A stretch of 64,000 nucleotides of DNA, from the NCBI GenBank assembly GCA_963773065.1, contig CAVYZN010000023.1, forward strand, positions 115,493-179,492, written 5' to 3'. This document shows positions 18,444 through 30,314 of the stretch, one piece after another (within the stretch, counting starts at the first letter, position 1; each line of letters opens with the position of its first letter). Position numbers and translations under genes: made by a program. This DNA is from an uncultured Gammaproteobacteria bacterium (GTDB lineage Bacteria; Pseudomonadota; Gammaproteobacteria; UBA9214). Under the pieces are notes generated by a model. It ran no database searches. It was given only the letters and a program-made list of their open reading frames with translations, and had not been told where the DNA came from.

Positions 18444-18867
18444 AAATCTCGACTGCTCGCTGCTGAAAGGCATCGACCAGCGTATTGGCGATCTGCCCGA
18501 ATATAGGCCCGACCACCAGGCCAAGCACGCGGTTGGAGAAACCGTACTCGAGAAACAGCGCGATCTTGCTGCCTTCATCACCGAGGGGGTCGAAACGCCA
18601 GAACCCGTCCAGCCGGCTGAAGGGACCATCTACCAGGTGCATCTCGATCATTTTGTTCACCTGATGCCGGTTGCGCGTGGTGAATGATTTGGTCAAGCCA
18701 CCGACCGCAAACTCGATTCTGGCGCGCACCTCGTCGATATCACGGGTCAGTATCAGCGCCCCCTTACACCAGGGGAGAAAACGCGGATATGACCCGATAT
18801 CGCTCACCAGTTCGAACATCTCCTGTGGGGTATAGGGCACCAGCGCCGAACGATCAACCGATTCCAC
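18430..18867 (-). CDS. ratA: RatA/PasT START-domain protein
   Basis: [27 protein letters not shown]. Confidence 0.9.
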   Translation of the reverse strand: MESVDRSALVPYTPQEMFELVSDIGSYPRFLPWCKGALILTRDIDEVRARIEFAVGGLTKSFTTRNRHQVNKMIEMHLVDGPFSRLDGFWRFDPLGDEGSKIALFLEYGFSNRVLGLVVGPIFGQIANTLVDAFQQRAVEIYGKR

Positions 18868-18895
18868 GACAATGACCCGTTAATGCGATCCGCAA

Positions 18896-20280
18896 TCAGA
18901 TAATGCCGATGACATCCAGGAATACAATCATCACCGCGACCGGCGTGATGTAGCGCACCAGGAAACGCCACCAGCGGTAGAAAAATCCGTCACCCATGCC
19001 CAGTTCATCCACGCTGGAATCCCGGCGCAGGTACCAGGCGGCGAACACGGCGATCGACAGCCCGCCAAGTGGGACCATGACATTGGTGGTGAGGTAATCG
19101 AGCAGGTCAAATACCGTATGGTCATGAAAAATCGGCACCCAGGAAAGCAGCTTCACTTCCGACCAGATATTGAACGAGAACACCGTGAGCAGCCCGCACA
19201 GCCAGGATACGACCCCGGCCAGCGCCGAGGCATGGATACGACTCAGTCCGTGATTCTCCACCAGCCAGGCAACGGCCGGCTCGATCAGCGAGATGGCTGA
19301 GGTCCATGCGGCGAACACGAGGAGGACAAAAAACAGCATGCCAAAGAACGCCCCGCCAGCCATATGGCCGAAAGCGATAGGCAGGGTCCGGAATATCAGC
19401 CCGGGACCGGAGGACGGCTCGAGCCCGTTGGCGAAAACGAGGGGGAAAATGGCCAGGCCGGCCAGCAGGGCCGCCACCGTGTCCATGACGGAAACCGCGA
19501 TGGAAGTCCTGGCGATGGAGATGTTGTCAGGCAGGTAGGAACCATAGGCCATGATCGCACCCATGCCCAGGCTGAGGGTGAAAATGGCATGCCCCATGGC
19601 GATCAGGATGCCATTGACGGAGATCCGGCCGAACTCCGGCCGAAACAGGAATTCCACTCCCTGCGCAAAGGATCCGCTGTTCCACGCATAACCGTCCAGC
19701 ACCAGCAGTAAGACAAACAGGGTGGGTATGAGCACGCGCGTGAGCCGCTTCCAGACCGCCACGCACACCCCGCGCCACCACCATCATGGTCATCACCATG
19801 AAGATCGTATGCCATGCGATGAGACGTTCAGGTTCGTTGACGAGGTTGGAAAATATGCTTTGCACGCCATCGGCCGTCAGCCCGGTAAACAGACCCGCTG
19901 CCGGTGCGGAACACATAGGCCAGCGCCCAACCGGCAATCACACTGTAATAGGAAAGAATCAGGAAACCGGCGAGCATCACTCCCCACCCCAGCCACTGCC
20001 AGTGCGGACTGAGTTTTTCTTCCGACGCTAGGGTACGCATGGTATTGACAGGGCACTGGCGGCCACGGCGTCCCAGCATTACCTCGGCCATCATGATGGG
20101 GATGCCGATGATGGCGATACATACCAGGTAAACCAGCACGAAGGCGCCGCCGCCGTTCTCGCCGGTGATATACGGAAACTTCCATATATTCCCCAGGCCC
20201 ACGGCGGACCCCGTGGCGGCCAGCACAAACGCCATCCGGCTGGACCACTGGCCGTGTATCGACACTCGCTCGGTTGGCAT
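18896..20280 (-). CDS. Sodium-dependent transporter, NSS/SNF family (frameshifted)
   Basis: [33 protein letters not shown] across three frames. Confidence 0.9.
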
Positions 20281-20391
20281 ACTTACCCCTATGTTGCGGA
20301 TGCCCGGGCATTGTCCGTGAAATGGCCGCCCACCTCAACACCAGTAATCCCGCGGCATACGAGCGGCGAACAGGGTTGCTATACTGCGCCG

Positions 20392-20871
20392 ATGAACAGC
20401 AAGAAATCCGGCGGCAAGGGCTCATCCGGCACCATTGCGCTGAACAGGAAAGCCCGTCACGACTTCTTCATTGAAGAACAGTTCGAAGCGGGACTCGCAT
20501 TGCAGGGGTGGGAAGTGAAGAGCATTCGCGAAGGCCGGTCACAACTGAACGAAAGCTACATCCTCATCAAGAACGGCGAGGCTTGGCTGTTTGGCGTGCA
20601 TATCACGCCGTTGACGAGCGCATCCACTCACATCAGACCCGATCCGACCCGCACCCGCAAGCTGCTCCTGCACCGCCGTGAACTGGACAAGCTGATCGGC
20701 GCCGTTGAACGCAAGGGCTATACGCTAGTGCCACTGGCCATGTACTGGAAAAACGGGCTTGCCAAGCTGGAAGTCGCCCTGGCCCGCGGCAAGCAGAGTC
20801 AGGATAAGCGCGCCACCGAGAAAGCCCGTGACTGGGAACGCGAAAAAGGCCGGCTACTGCGCAATCGCTAG
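20392..20871 (+). CDS. smpB: SsrA-binding protein
   Basis: [29 protein letters not shown]. Confidence 0.97.
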   Translation: MNSKKSGGKGSSGTIALNRKARHDFFIEEQFEAGLALQGWEVKSIREGRSQLNESYILIKNGEAWLFGVHITPLTSASTHIRPDPTRTRKLLLHRRELDKLIGAVERKGYTLVPLAMYWKNGLAKLEVALARGKQSQDKRATEKARDWEREKGRLLRNR

Positions 20872-21132
20872 GCCGATATTCCACCGAGTGGAACGCCAGG
20901 TATTCCCAGATTTGCTATCCCGGAATCAACCAGTAGTTACCGAACAGACAATACGGACTCTTACGCAGGATACCGCACGAATGGGTGAGATAAAAAATCG
21001 CTGTACAAAATCTTGATCCTATTGGGTCCGTTGCTACGCTCTTTTGACCCAACTAAGCTACGTGTTAATTTTTTTCGCCCCTCAGTCAACGGGCATGGCC
21101 GAATGCCGCCCGACTGGAGGAAAAAATGCGTC

Positions 21133-21814
21133 TTATTGCTTGGTGGCCGGCTGCTGCTTGAACGCCGCCTGTTCGTTCCTTTTATTATTGCGATCTTCCA
21201 GCATGGCGATCAGGCCATCCAAGCCCTTGTCACGGATAATGGATGAAAAGCTGGAGCGCTGGGTAATGACCAGGCTGACGCCCTCGGCGCTCACATCGTA
21301 GACCTTCCAGTCGTTTCCCCTGCGGTACATGCGAAACTGCGCATGAATCAAGCGGACCATTCGGCTGCTCGATTTCCGCCTCGACCTCCGCCCTATCACC
21401 ATTGGGCGGATTACGCATCGGAAGATACTTGATGGATTGTCCATGGTAATCGGCCCTGGAGATGGATGACAGATAGGTGTTGATTAACAGTTCCCGGAAC
21501 TCCCGCTCGAAAATCTCACGCTGCTGGGGCGTTGCCTTGCGCCAGTTGATTCCCAGAACCGACTGGGACAGGGCCAGGAAATCGACATTCGGAACCACGA
21601 CCTCATTGGCGATTGAGCGCAGGCGCGCCTTGTCGTCCAGTACGGTGGGGTCTTGCTTGATGATCTCAAGCACATGGTCGGACATCCCCTGCAGCACTTC
21701 TATTGGACCCTGTCCGGCCAGAGCAGCGGTACTGGATACAACCGTAGCGGTCAACAACATGAAGTTGAGCCAGAATCTATGTAATAGATTGTATACTGTT
21801 GTTTTATATTCCAT
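21133..21814 (-). CDS. MlaC/Ttg2D-family periplasmic lipid-binding protein (frameshifted)
   Basis: Signal peptide, VLGINWRKATPQQR, WKVYDVSAEGVSLVITQRSSF. Confidence 0.85.
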
Positions 21815-22436
21815 TGTCTATGCTTTCCGATGGATGCATACCATGAATCATCTCCGCCTGGACGGTCGGTTATAGCTTCATGCGGTTCGGCAACGTCTGC
21901 AAATTCTTAAATATATTATCTGAATGGTAGTCAGTGATGATTAATTTTACAGGTATTTCCTGTTCTCTGCGGTGTTACTAACGACCTCTCAGAGCCTGCT
22001 GTCATGGCGCACCGGCTGGCAGGCTTACCGGTTCTGAAACCAACGCCTTTCTAACCGCACGCATTATTATAAATATTATTACAATCATAAACTCACACGA
22101 GATACCTTGCGTGAAGAAACAGGTTAACCAAGCGCCGGCACGAAGACACGCCAGTCCGGTTACCGCCATGACTGACTGGCATTGCGGCTACACACACGAT
22201 GGGTGCCAAAGCCGTGGTTTCATTACCTCATCAACCGACGCCGATCATCAGGGTTCCGGGCAGTCTGCGTTTCCCCAGCCCGCCTAAACCCTCGTTTACA
22301 GACCGTTACCCTGTCTACCTTCGCCGGATTATGATGATCAAGTCGACGATGATTGACGTGCGGACCGGCAAGATCCCATCCACGCGATGATCGGATGACA
22401 GTAACGACACCTCGAGTACACCAATATCACGTCCAC

Positions 22437-23252
22437 ATGCCAGACACTGACTCTGATGAACGGATGAGGCAAGCGGAACCTTCGCTTGCCTGGTTCCGCT
22501 TCTATGAAGAGCTGAACGATTTCCTTCCGACGGCCCGCCGGAAACGGCGCTTCCCTCATGTCTTCACCCGCCGCGCGTCCATCAAGGACATGATCGAGGC
22601 GCTCGGCATACCGCATACGGAAGTCGAAGTGATACTGGTCAATGGCGAAAGCGTCGATTTTACCTATATCGTTAACGACGGCGATGACGTCAGCGTGTAC
22701 CCGATGTTTGAAAGCCTGGATATACGGCCGTTGCTCAGATTGCGGCCGGAGCCACTGCGGCGACCCGGCTTCGTGCTCGACACGCACCTGGGACGCCTGG
22801 CGCGCTATCTGCGGCTGCTGGGCTTCGATTCCCTCTATCACAACGATTTCCCTGATGAGGACCTGGCACGGATATCAAGCGAACAACACCGCACTCTGCT
22901 GACCCGCGACCGGATATTGCTGCGGCGCAAGATCATCACCCGCGGCTACTTCATCCGCGCGACGGAGCCGCTGCAGCAGACAGTCGAAGTCCTGCGGCGG
23001 TTTGACCTGTCAGGGGACATCAAGCCGCTCGGTCGCTGCATCCGTTGCAATGGCATGCTGGAGGATGTCGAAAAGGACATGATCATCGACCGGCTCGAAC
23101 CGAAGACGCGCCGCTATTACGAGCATTTCCGGATTTGCCGCGATTGCGGGCAAATCTACTGGCGGGGAAGTCACTTCGGGAAAATGACCCGGTTGATTGA
23201 CGCCATCGCGGCGGCATCGGCAGGGGAAATCGCCCCTGGCAGTCACTCCTGA
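22437..23252 (+). CDS. Mut7-C ubiquitin-like/RNase domain protein
   Basis: FRFYEELNDFL, IKDMIEALGIPHTEV, DTHLGRLARYLRLLGFD, LTRD, CxxC...CxxC, YWRGSH. Confidence 0.88.
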   Translation: MPDTDSDERMRQAEPSLAWFRFYEELNDFLPTARRKRRFPHVFTRRASIKDMIEALGIPHTEVEVILVNGESVDFTYIVNDGDDVSVYPMFESLDIRPLLRLRPEPLRRPGFVLDTHLGRLARYLRLLGFDSLYHNDFPDEDLARISSEQHRTLLTRDRILLRRKIITRGYFIRATEPLQQTVEVLRRFDLSGDIKPLGRCIRCNGMLEDVEKDMIIDRLEPKTRRYYEHFRICRDCGQIYWRGSHFGKMTRLIDAIAAASAGEIAPGSHS

Positions 23253-23492
23253 ACCGGCCGGGCTGCGGCAGCATCTGCCATCGACCAGACAACGGCAGGA
23301 CGGTCCCGCGTTTCACCGACACCGCAAGCATTACCCGCGCCCAGACACCACGGCACCTTCCGGCATGGACCGCACCCCCGGTCGGCACGGCAAGGCGAAA
23401 TCGGCAATATCCTGCAGCAATTCATTGACATGCCTCCGGTACTTGTTAACATCCTGTCTTCTCTGGACAAAATTGCCCGCATCGATACCCGC

Positions 23493-24278
23493 ATGAAAAT
23501 CCTCCTGCCTCTCCTGCTGACGGTCTGTTCCCTGTCGACCAGCGCCGCGGAAATTCCCCAGGCAATCGAATCGTGCCTACAGCGGAACCTGCCGGAGACA
23601 ACCTCATCCCAGTCGATCGAGCTGCACGCACGGGACCGCAGCGGCTACGAGCAGACACTTGAAGCCGATGTTTACTGGAAACGCTACGCAGCCGATCAGG
23701 CGAGCGTCATGATGTATTTCCGTGAACCCGCCGATATCCGGGGCGCCAGGTTTTTGATCGTGGGAAAACAGCCCCAGAACGACATGTATATCTACATGCC
23801 CAGCCTGTTCAAGGTCCGCCGCGTTACCTCAAGAAATATCTCCAATTCCATCATGGGCACGGACTTTTCCTATGAGGATTTTGAGCGCATCCAGGGAATA
23901 CTTTCCGATATTCACGCCGAACAGTTCCCCGACGACACGCTAGCAGGGAGAGCCGTGTACGTCCTGATGAGCTATCCGGATGAAAGCTCGGGCTACGTCA
24001 AGGTGGCCACCTACATCGACAAGGAAACCTGCATTCCGCTCAAGACCGAGCTGTATGAACGTGGACATGTTTTGCGCAAACAGTTGACCGTCGACCCGGC
24101 GGCCATCCGGCACCAGGCAGGCATTTTCTACCCGAGCGAACTGGTGATAAAAGACCTGAAAGACAAGACGGAAACCCGGCTGATTGTCCGAAACGTCAGC
24201 ATCGGAACGCAACTGAGTGATGACCTGTTTGATGCAGAGAAACTGAAACAGGCGGAAATCCCGGCCATAGTCCCCTAG
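23493..24278 (+). CDS. Outer membrane lipoprotein-sorting (LolA-like) protein
   Basis: Signal peptide, FREPADIRG, YMPSLFKVRRV, MGTDFSYED. Confidence 0.8.
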   Translation: MKILLPLLLTVCSLSTSAAEIPQAIESCLQRNLPETTSSQSIELHARDRSGYEQTLEADVYWKRYAADQASVMMYFREPADIRGARFLIVGKQPQNDMYIYMPSLFKVRRVTSRNISNSIMGTDFSYEDFERIQGILSDIHAEQFPDDTLAGRAVYVLMSYPDESSGYVKVATYIDKETCIPLKTELYERGHVLRKQLTVDPAAIRHQAGIFYPSELVIKDLKDKTETRLIVRNVSIGTQLSDDLFDAEKLKQAEIPAIVP

Positions 24279-24281
24279 GCG

Positions 24282-27027
24282 ATGGGTATACTCGAGAAAT
24301 TCTCCAACCTCATCTCGAGGTCTACCGGCCTCGTCCTGCTGCTCTCTGCGGCCCTCACCATTCTGGCCGTCACCCGACTGGTCGACCTGCACACGGGTCA
24401 TTTCCGCCTGGAGATCGACCCATCCGCCAACCGGCTGCTGTCCGAGCACAACGCCGCCAAGCAGTTCTATGACCAGGCGCGGCGCACCTTCGGCAGCGAC
24501 GAGATACTGGTCATCACGCTGACATCCCCGGATGTTTTTACACGCGACACCCTTGAGCGGATTGACAGGATGACCGCGCGCATCAGCGCCGTCGAGGCTG
24601 TCGACCACGTGGTGTCACTGGCCAACGCGATGGACATACGCAACGTCGAAGGCGGACTGGACATCGCGCCCTTCATCGACAACCTGGGGGAAGGTCCCGA
24701 GGCCATCAAGGCAATCCGGCAGCGGGTACTCGACAACCCCATCTACAGCGGCAGCCTGGTTTCGAAAGCCGGCGACGCCACCGCGCTGATCGTTTATTTC
24801 CAGGATATCGACGATCGTGAATTCATCCGTCGCGGCATCCACGACAGTATCGTCGCCATCGTCAACGAGGAGAAAGGCGCCAACGAAGTCTGGTTCACCG
24901 GCACGCCGCACTTCAAGGTCTCGGTCATCAAGATCCTGATCCACGATCTCCTGTGGATGCCACCGCTCATCACCCTGGTCCTGGCCCTGGTGCTGATTGC
25001 CTGCTATCGATCGGTGCTCGGCGTCATCGTCCCGTTGCTAACCGTCGGTGTCGGCGTGGTGCTTTCACTGGGGATCATCACCGCGCTCGGGTATTCGCTC
25101 AGCATGATCTCCGTGCTGGTGCCTCCGCTCCTGATGATACTCGGCCTCTCCTATTCGGTGTACGTGGTGTCCGATTACCAGCAGCATCGGCTGGAGACGC
25201 CTGACAAGACCGTCCTGGTCAGAGACACGTTGAAGCGCAGCCTGCTGCCTGTCCTGTTGGCAGGATTGACGACCGTTGCCGGCTTCATCTCATTGATGGC
25301 CAATCCGATCGAGGCGATCAGCGAATTCGGCCTGCTCTCGACCATCGGCGTCATCGTGATCAATCTCCTGTCGGTCACCCTCACCCCCGCCCTGCTCAAA
25401 TTTCTGGACAGGCGAGACCCTGCCCTCACACGGGCAAGGGAAGCGCGGGCATCGTTATTCGAGCGTTTCATCGACCGCATCGCGCGCTTCGACCTGAACC
25501 ATAGAAGAAGCATCTTTGTCTGCTTCGGTGTCGCCCTGGCGCTGGGCCTGGCTGGCATACCCAGGATCCACGTCAGCGCGGATATCATGTCGAGTTTTCC
25601 CAGGGATTCGGAGGTGCGCAGGTCCTTTGAACTGGTCAATGAGAAACTCGGGGGAGCAAACCCGCTGTATATCGTCATCGATGGCGGCCACCCCGATGCC
25701 TTCAAGGACCCGGCCACCCTGGAAATCATCAGGGAACTGCAATCCTGGCTGGGCAAGCAAGCGGATATCGGCGGTTCGGTCTCCATCGCCGACTACCTCA
25801 TGCTGGTCAACAAGGCCCTGCACGACGACGACCCCGCCTTTTATGCCATACCGGACAACCGCCGGCTGATAACCCAGTTGCTGTTTCTCAGCTTCCAGCG
25901 ACGAACTGGACAGGATCGTCGATAGCCGATACCAGACCGCGAATGTCATCGTGCGCGCCAGGGTCATCAGCTCGGACGACATGGCCAAACTGATTGACCG
26001 CATCAACGCAAGACTCGCCGAATTGCCCTCCCACCTCAAGGCGACGGTCACCGGCAATCCGGTGCTGATCACGGAAGCCCTGACGCAGATCATCCTCGGC
26101 CAGGCAACGAGTTTTGGACTCGCGCTGCTGATCGTCTATGCCATCATGTCACTGATGTTCATGTCCCACCGTATCGGGTTCATCGCGCTGATCCCCAACC
26201 TCATACCGATAGTGGTCTTCTTCGGCTCGCTGGGATTCTTCGGCATCAGCCTCAACCCCAGCACCAGCCTGATCGCCCCGATGGTGCTGGGTATCGCCCT
26301 CGACGACACCATTCACTATTTCGCGCACATCAACCACGAAGTCAGGCGCCTGGCGGATGACAGGAAGGCCACTATTGCCACCCTCAAGGCCGTCGGCCGG
26401 CCCATGACCTATACCGCGGCAGGCCTCTGCCTCGGCTTTCTGGTCCTGACGACCAGCGAACTCAGCATGCAGGTGCAGGTCGGCCTCATGGCCTCCTGGG
26501 CGCTCGTGGTAGGCTGGCTGTGCGAATTCCTGCTCACCCCCGCGCTCTGTTCCAGTGTCCGCATCACCACCCTGTGGGACGTGCTGACCCTCGACCTCGG
26601 AGAAAACCCGCAGGAGTCCATCCCCCTGCTGAACGGCCTGCGCAAATCGCAGGCGCGGATCGTCGCCCTCATGTCGAGAGTCACCACCGTTCCGGCCGGC
26701 ACCCGCATCATCACCGCCGGGGAAAAGGGCAAGGAAATGTACGTGGTGATCGACGGCCGGCTGCGCAGCTCGATTACCGGGGAAAAAGGCCGCGTCGAGG
26801 TCGCCACCCACGCGCGCGGGGACGTGGTCGGCGAGGCCGGCCTGTTCTTCGAGAAGCGCACCGCCGATGTGGATACGCTGGAAGACAGCCGGCTGCTGTG
26901 TCTGAGCCAGGACAATCTTGACCGGCTCAGCCGGCGCTACCCCTACATCGCCACCAAGGTGTTCAGGAATCTGAACCGGATCCTGGCCACCCGCCTGTTC
27001 ACGACCACCCACAGGCTGACGACCTGA
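24282..27027 (+). CDS. MMPL/RND-family exporter with C-terminal cyclic-nucleotide-binding domain (frameshift near 25890)
   Basis: FGSDE, LTTVAGF, GIALDDTIHY; C-terminal GEKGKEMYVVIDG..GDVVGE..RTADV. Confidence 0.85.
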
Positions 27028-27187
27028 TGCTGGAACAGATTGACCACATGAACGGTAACGTCGCGGCCATGACAGCCAGTATGCAGTTGCTCAACCGGCA
27101 GCTTGTCGACATGAACCTGAACGTGGGGAGCATGTCGGCAACATGCACCAGATGGCGGAACCGATGAAGATGTTCCCGTTCCAGTAA
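27027..27187 (+). CDS. Small Met-rich heptad-repeat peptide (one frameshift assumed)
   Basis: TGATG overlap with the MMPL stop; MLEQIDHMNGNVAAMTASMQLLNRQLVDMNLNVGSMS/NMHQMAEPMKMFPFQ. Confidence 0.45.
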
Positions 27188-27309
27188 TGCGGAAAAGCGG
27201 GAGTAGCGGTTTACCGAAATCCCGCTCCCCGCTATTCGCGGGGATGGCGTGTTCAGAGCCTCTCTTCACTCCCTTGAATCCGATCAGGCGGCTGACTGAA
27301 ATTGGGCAC

Positions 27310-28035
27310 CTATTTTCGATCGTAATCGGCTGCTGCTTTCAATCCAACCTGATCGAGCAAGGCAGCCCGCTGGGCACGCAAACTTGCATCCCCCGGGTTA
27401 TACTGGATAGTGCGAGATATCGAATCAATGGCGTCATACCAGATCCCATCCTCTGCATAGGTACGTGCCAATGTGCGCTCGTTTGCTTTGGCGATCCGGC
27501 TCTTAAGAGCAGCATCGGGCATGATGTACTGAATCGTGCCACTGGCAACGATATCGTTGGAGCGTTGTTTCTCATCCGGCGTCAAGGAGACGAACCAGCG
27601 ATACTCAATTCCCGGCTTGAGTGTTGCGCCAACCGTTGCCAGATCCAGACTCTGAATTCCTGCACTTTTCGGGATACCGATGACCTGCTCGAGAAGCGGA
27701 TCAATTTTCTCGTCATTGATCACCGTCACATCCAGCCGGGCGTTTGCGGGCTCGGAGAGGTACCAGTAGAGCGTTGGCTGGCTCCTGGTGGTCAGCCCCG
27801 TGTGATCAGGCGCCAGCACAGACAGCTTGCCTGTTATTTCTCCTGCCCCGCGCGACCCGCCACCTACTCGACTGGCCGGCGCACCCCGTACGGGAGGGAT
27901 GGTAGGTGAAACCGGCGGAATCGGTGCTGCTCTTTGTCTCTGAAGAGCCGCTTGTTTCTTCTGCGAATAGCAGGCAGGAAAATGGTAAAAGAACCAGTGC
28001 TAGCAACAGAATCCAATTACCGAAATCATTTTCAT
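27310..28035 (-). CDS. DUF928 domain secreted protein (frameshifted)
   Basis: Signal peptide, GAPASRVGGGSRG, LAPDHTGLTTRSQPTLYWY, YAEDGIWYDA, LLDQVGL. Confidence 0.85.
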
Positions 28036-28342
28036 GACAATCCCTCCCCGTTGGTTTAAGTGATATTCATCGTTGCGATCTGCATCCAAGATACCGCACG
28101 TATGCCCACCTCAGATAGCCAACATTGGCTCATCTGCCAAAACGTGCCGGGGAGATCGTTCGCCCACCTTATTGAGATTTATGCACCCATCAATAACTAA
28201 ACAGACTACGGCTGTTTATAGCGGATCAAGGGCGACAATACAATTGGGAAACATACTTACCAGGAAATCCAGAGGCAAGGTCCCGTACCAGGCGGCAGGT
28301 GTTGGAGTGAAGCTGCAGGACTGTGGCAAACGTCCGCCGGCC

Positions 28343-30314
28343 TCAGCTATTGGCGGCGATTGATGGAGCGAAATCGCCCGCATCCACCTGCGTTTTTTCT
28401 CCAAGCAGGCGGTAGACCATCACACCCTCGGACTTGCCTTTCAGACTGCAGACCCCGACATGTTCGAGTTCGAACCGGTCCCCGAGACACTCGGCCGTAT
28501 TGGCGGACAGCAGGACTTGGCACAAGCTGTCCGGAGAATTCCCTGGGGCCTCCTTGCTGAAACTCTCGAGCCTTGCAGCCGTGTTGACCACATCACCGAT
28601 GGTCGTATATTTGATGCGTTGCGTGCTGCCCAGACAACCGGCCACCACCGGCCCGGTGGCAATGCCAACACGAATCCTGACCAGCGGGGAACCCTGCGCG
28701 GACCAGAACTCATTCAGCCGCTCCATTTGCCGCCGCATCGCCAACGCGCAGGTCACGGCGTTGATGGCGTCCTGGCGAATCTCCTCTTCGGTCATCCGCG
28801 GGACGGGGACGCCGAAATCGGCCTTGATGGCGTCGCCGATGTAGTTATCGACCACACCGCCATACTGCGTGACCAGACTTGCCATCGCTTCCATGTACTC
28901 GTTGAGCCAGTTCAGCAATTCCGGGGGGGTGAGCCGTTCGGCAACCGGGGTAAAGTTGGCCAGGTCCGAAAACAGCACGGTGATCGTCATGGTCTGTGCC
29001 TCCAGACGCCCACCATGCATGAAACGGTCCCGATGTTTCCACAACTCATCGGCAACGGCAGGCGAGACGTTCTTGGAGAACAGGTCCATGAGGAGCTTTT
29101 TCTCGGCCTTTTCGTAATTCGACAGGTACGCCGCGACCACCCCGGAGGCGGCCAGCCAGGCGAGTCCGGTGGGGGCGACCGGCAACCACCAACCCTGGAC
29201 GAAGGCATAAAACGTGACCGCGACCATCACCGCCAGACCGCCGACAGCGAAAAGGGTAAAGCGCAGGCCTGAGCGGGCAAACCGTCCGAGAATCGCCGCC
29301 AGCCCGCCCCACAGCAGCACCCACAGATGTTCTATCCGGTCGTCCACCACCCGGATGGGGGTATCGCCCGCCAAGGCCGCCCGCAGCAACTGGTTGGTCT
29401 CGTAGGCATGGACCGCAATACCCGAGGTGGTTTGTCCGGGGCCGGCAAATCTGATCGTACGGGGTAAGAAATTCATCCTTGACGCTATCGGAATTGACAC
29501 CAGCAATGACGATATTGTCCCGGATGAGCGCCGGATCCACGTGGCCATCCAGGACATCGGCCATCGAGTAGGTCGTAAAGGGTTTGACGCCGCCCCGGTA
29601 GTCGAGCAGATATTGATACCCGGCCGCATCGGCCGCCACATAGCCACCGTCGTTGGCCTCGAATGGGATAAAGGTCGTCGGACCCAGGCGCAGGTACTCG
29701 GGGTTCGGCTCCCCTGCCTGCGGCGTAATGCCCGCCTTGGCCAGATAGGCCAGGGCGAGCCGCAGTGGCAGTGACATGGAGAAATTCTGGCCATCATCGA
29801 GAAACAGCAGCCCACGCCGCGCCACACCATCGCTGTCGACGGTGACATCGGAGAATCCGATCCGCTGCGTGCCTCGCAGGACCGTGGGGCCGAGCACCCG
29901 GCCTGCCACGGGCATCACCGAACTTTTCTATACAGATAATCGACTCGTTGTCGGCGAGCAGCGCATTCAGCCGTTCCGTACCAGGCGGCACGGGGAAATC
30001 CCGGTAGAGATCGACGCCGATCACCCGCGGGGAATAGTCGAGGAGCGTCTCAATCAGGTCGGCCAGCCGGTCGTCAGAGGGCGGCCATTGCCGGATCCGC
30101 TGGATGTCCTCCTCCACAATCTGGACCAGTATCAGGCGCGGCTCGGGCACGGTGTGGCGCTCCTTGACCCGCAGAAAGACATCGTAAGTGGCCAATTCGA
30201 GGAACTGGAGATAGCCGGCGCTCCGAACCCGACCACGAGCAGGCAGGTGAGAATGCCCAGCCCCAGACTCACCAGTGTCGGTGACCGAAGCCGTGCCAGC
30301 CACTCAGCCTTCAT
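28343..30314 (-). CDS. CHASE2 sensor / class III nucleotide cyclase (frameshifted)
   Basis: WPPSD..LA, PRVIGVDLYRD, DSDGVARR, TM helices, LFSDLANFT, IGDA, IGDVVNTAARLE. Confidence 0.88.
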
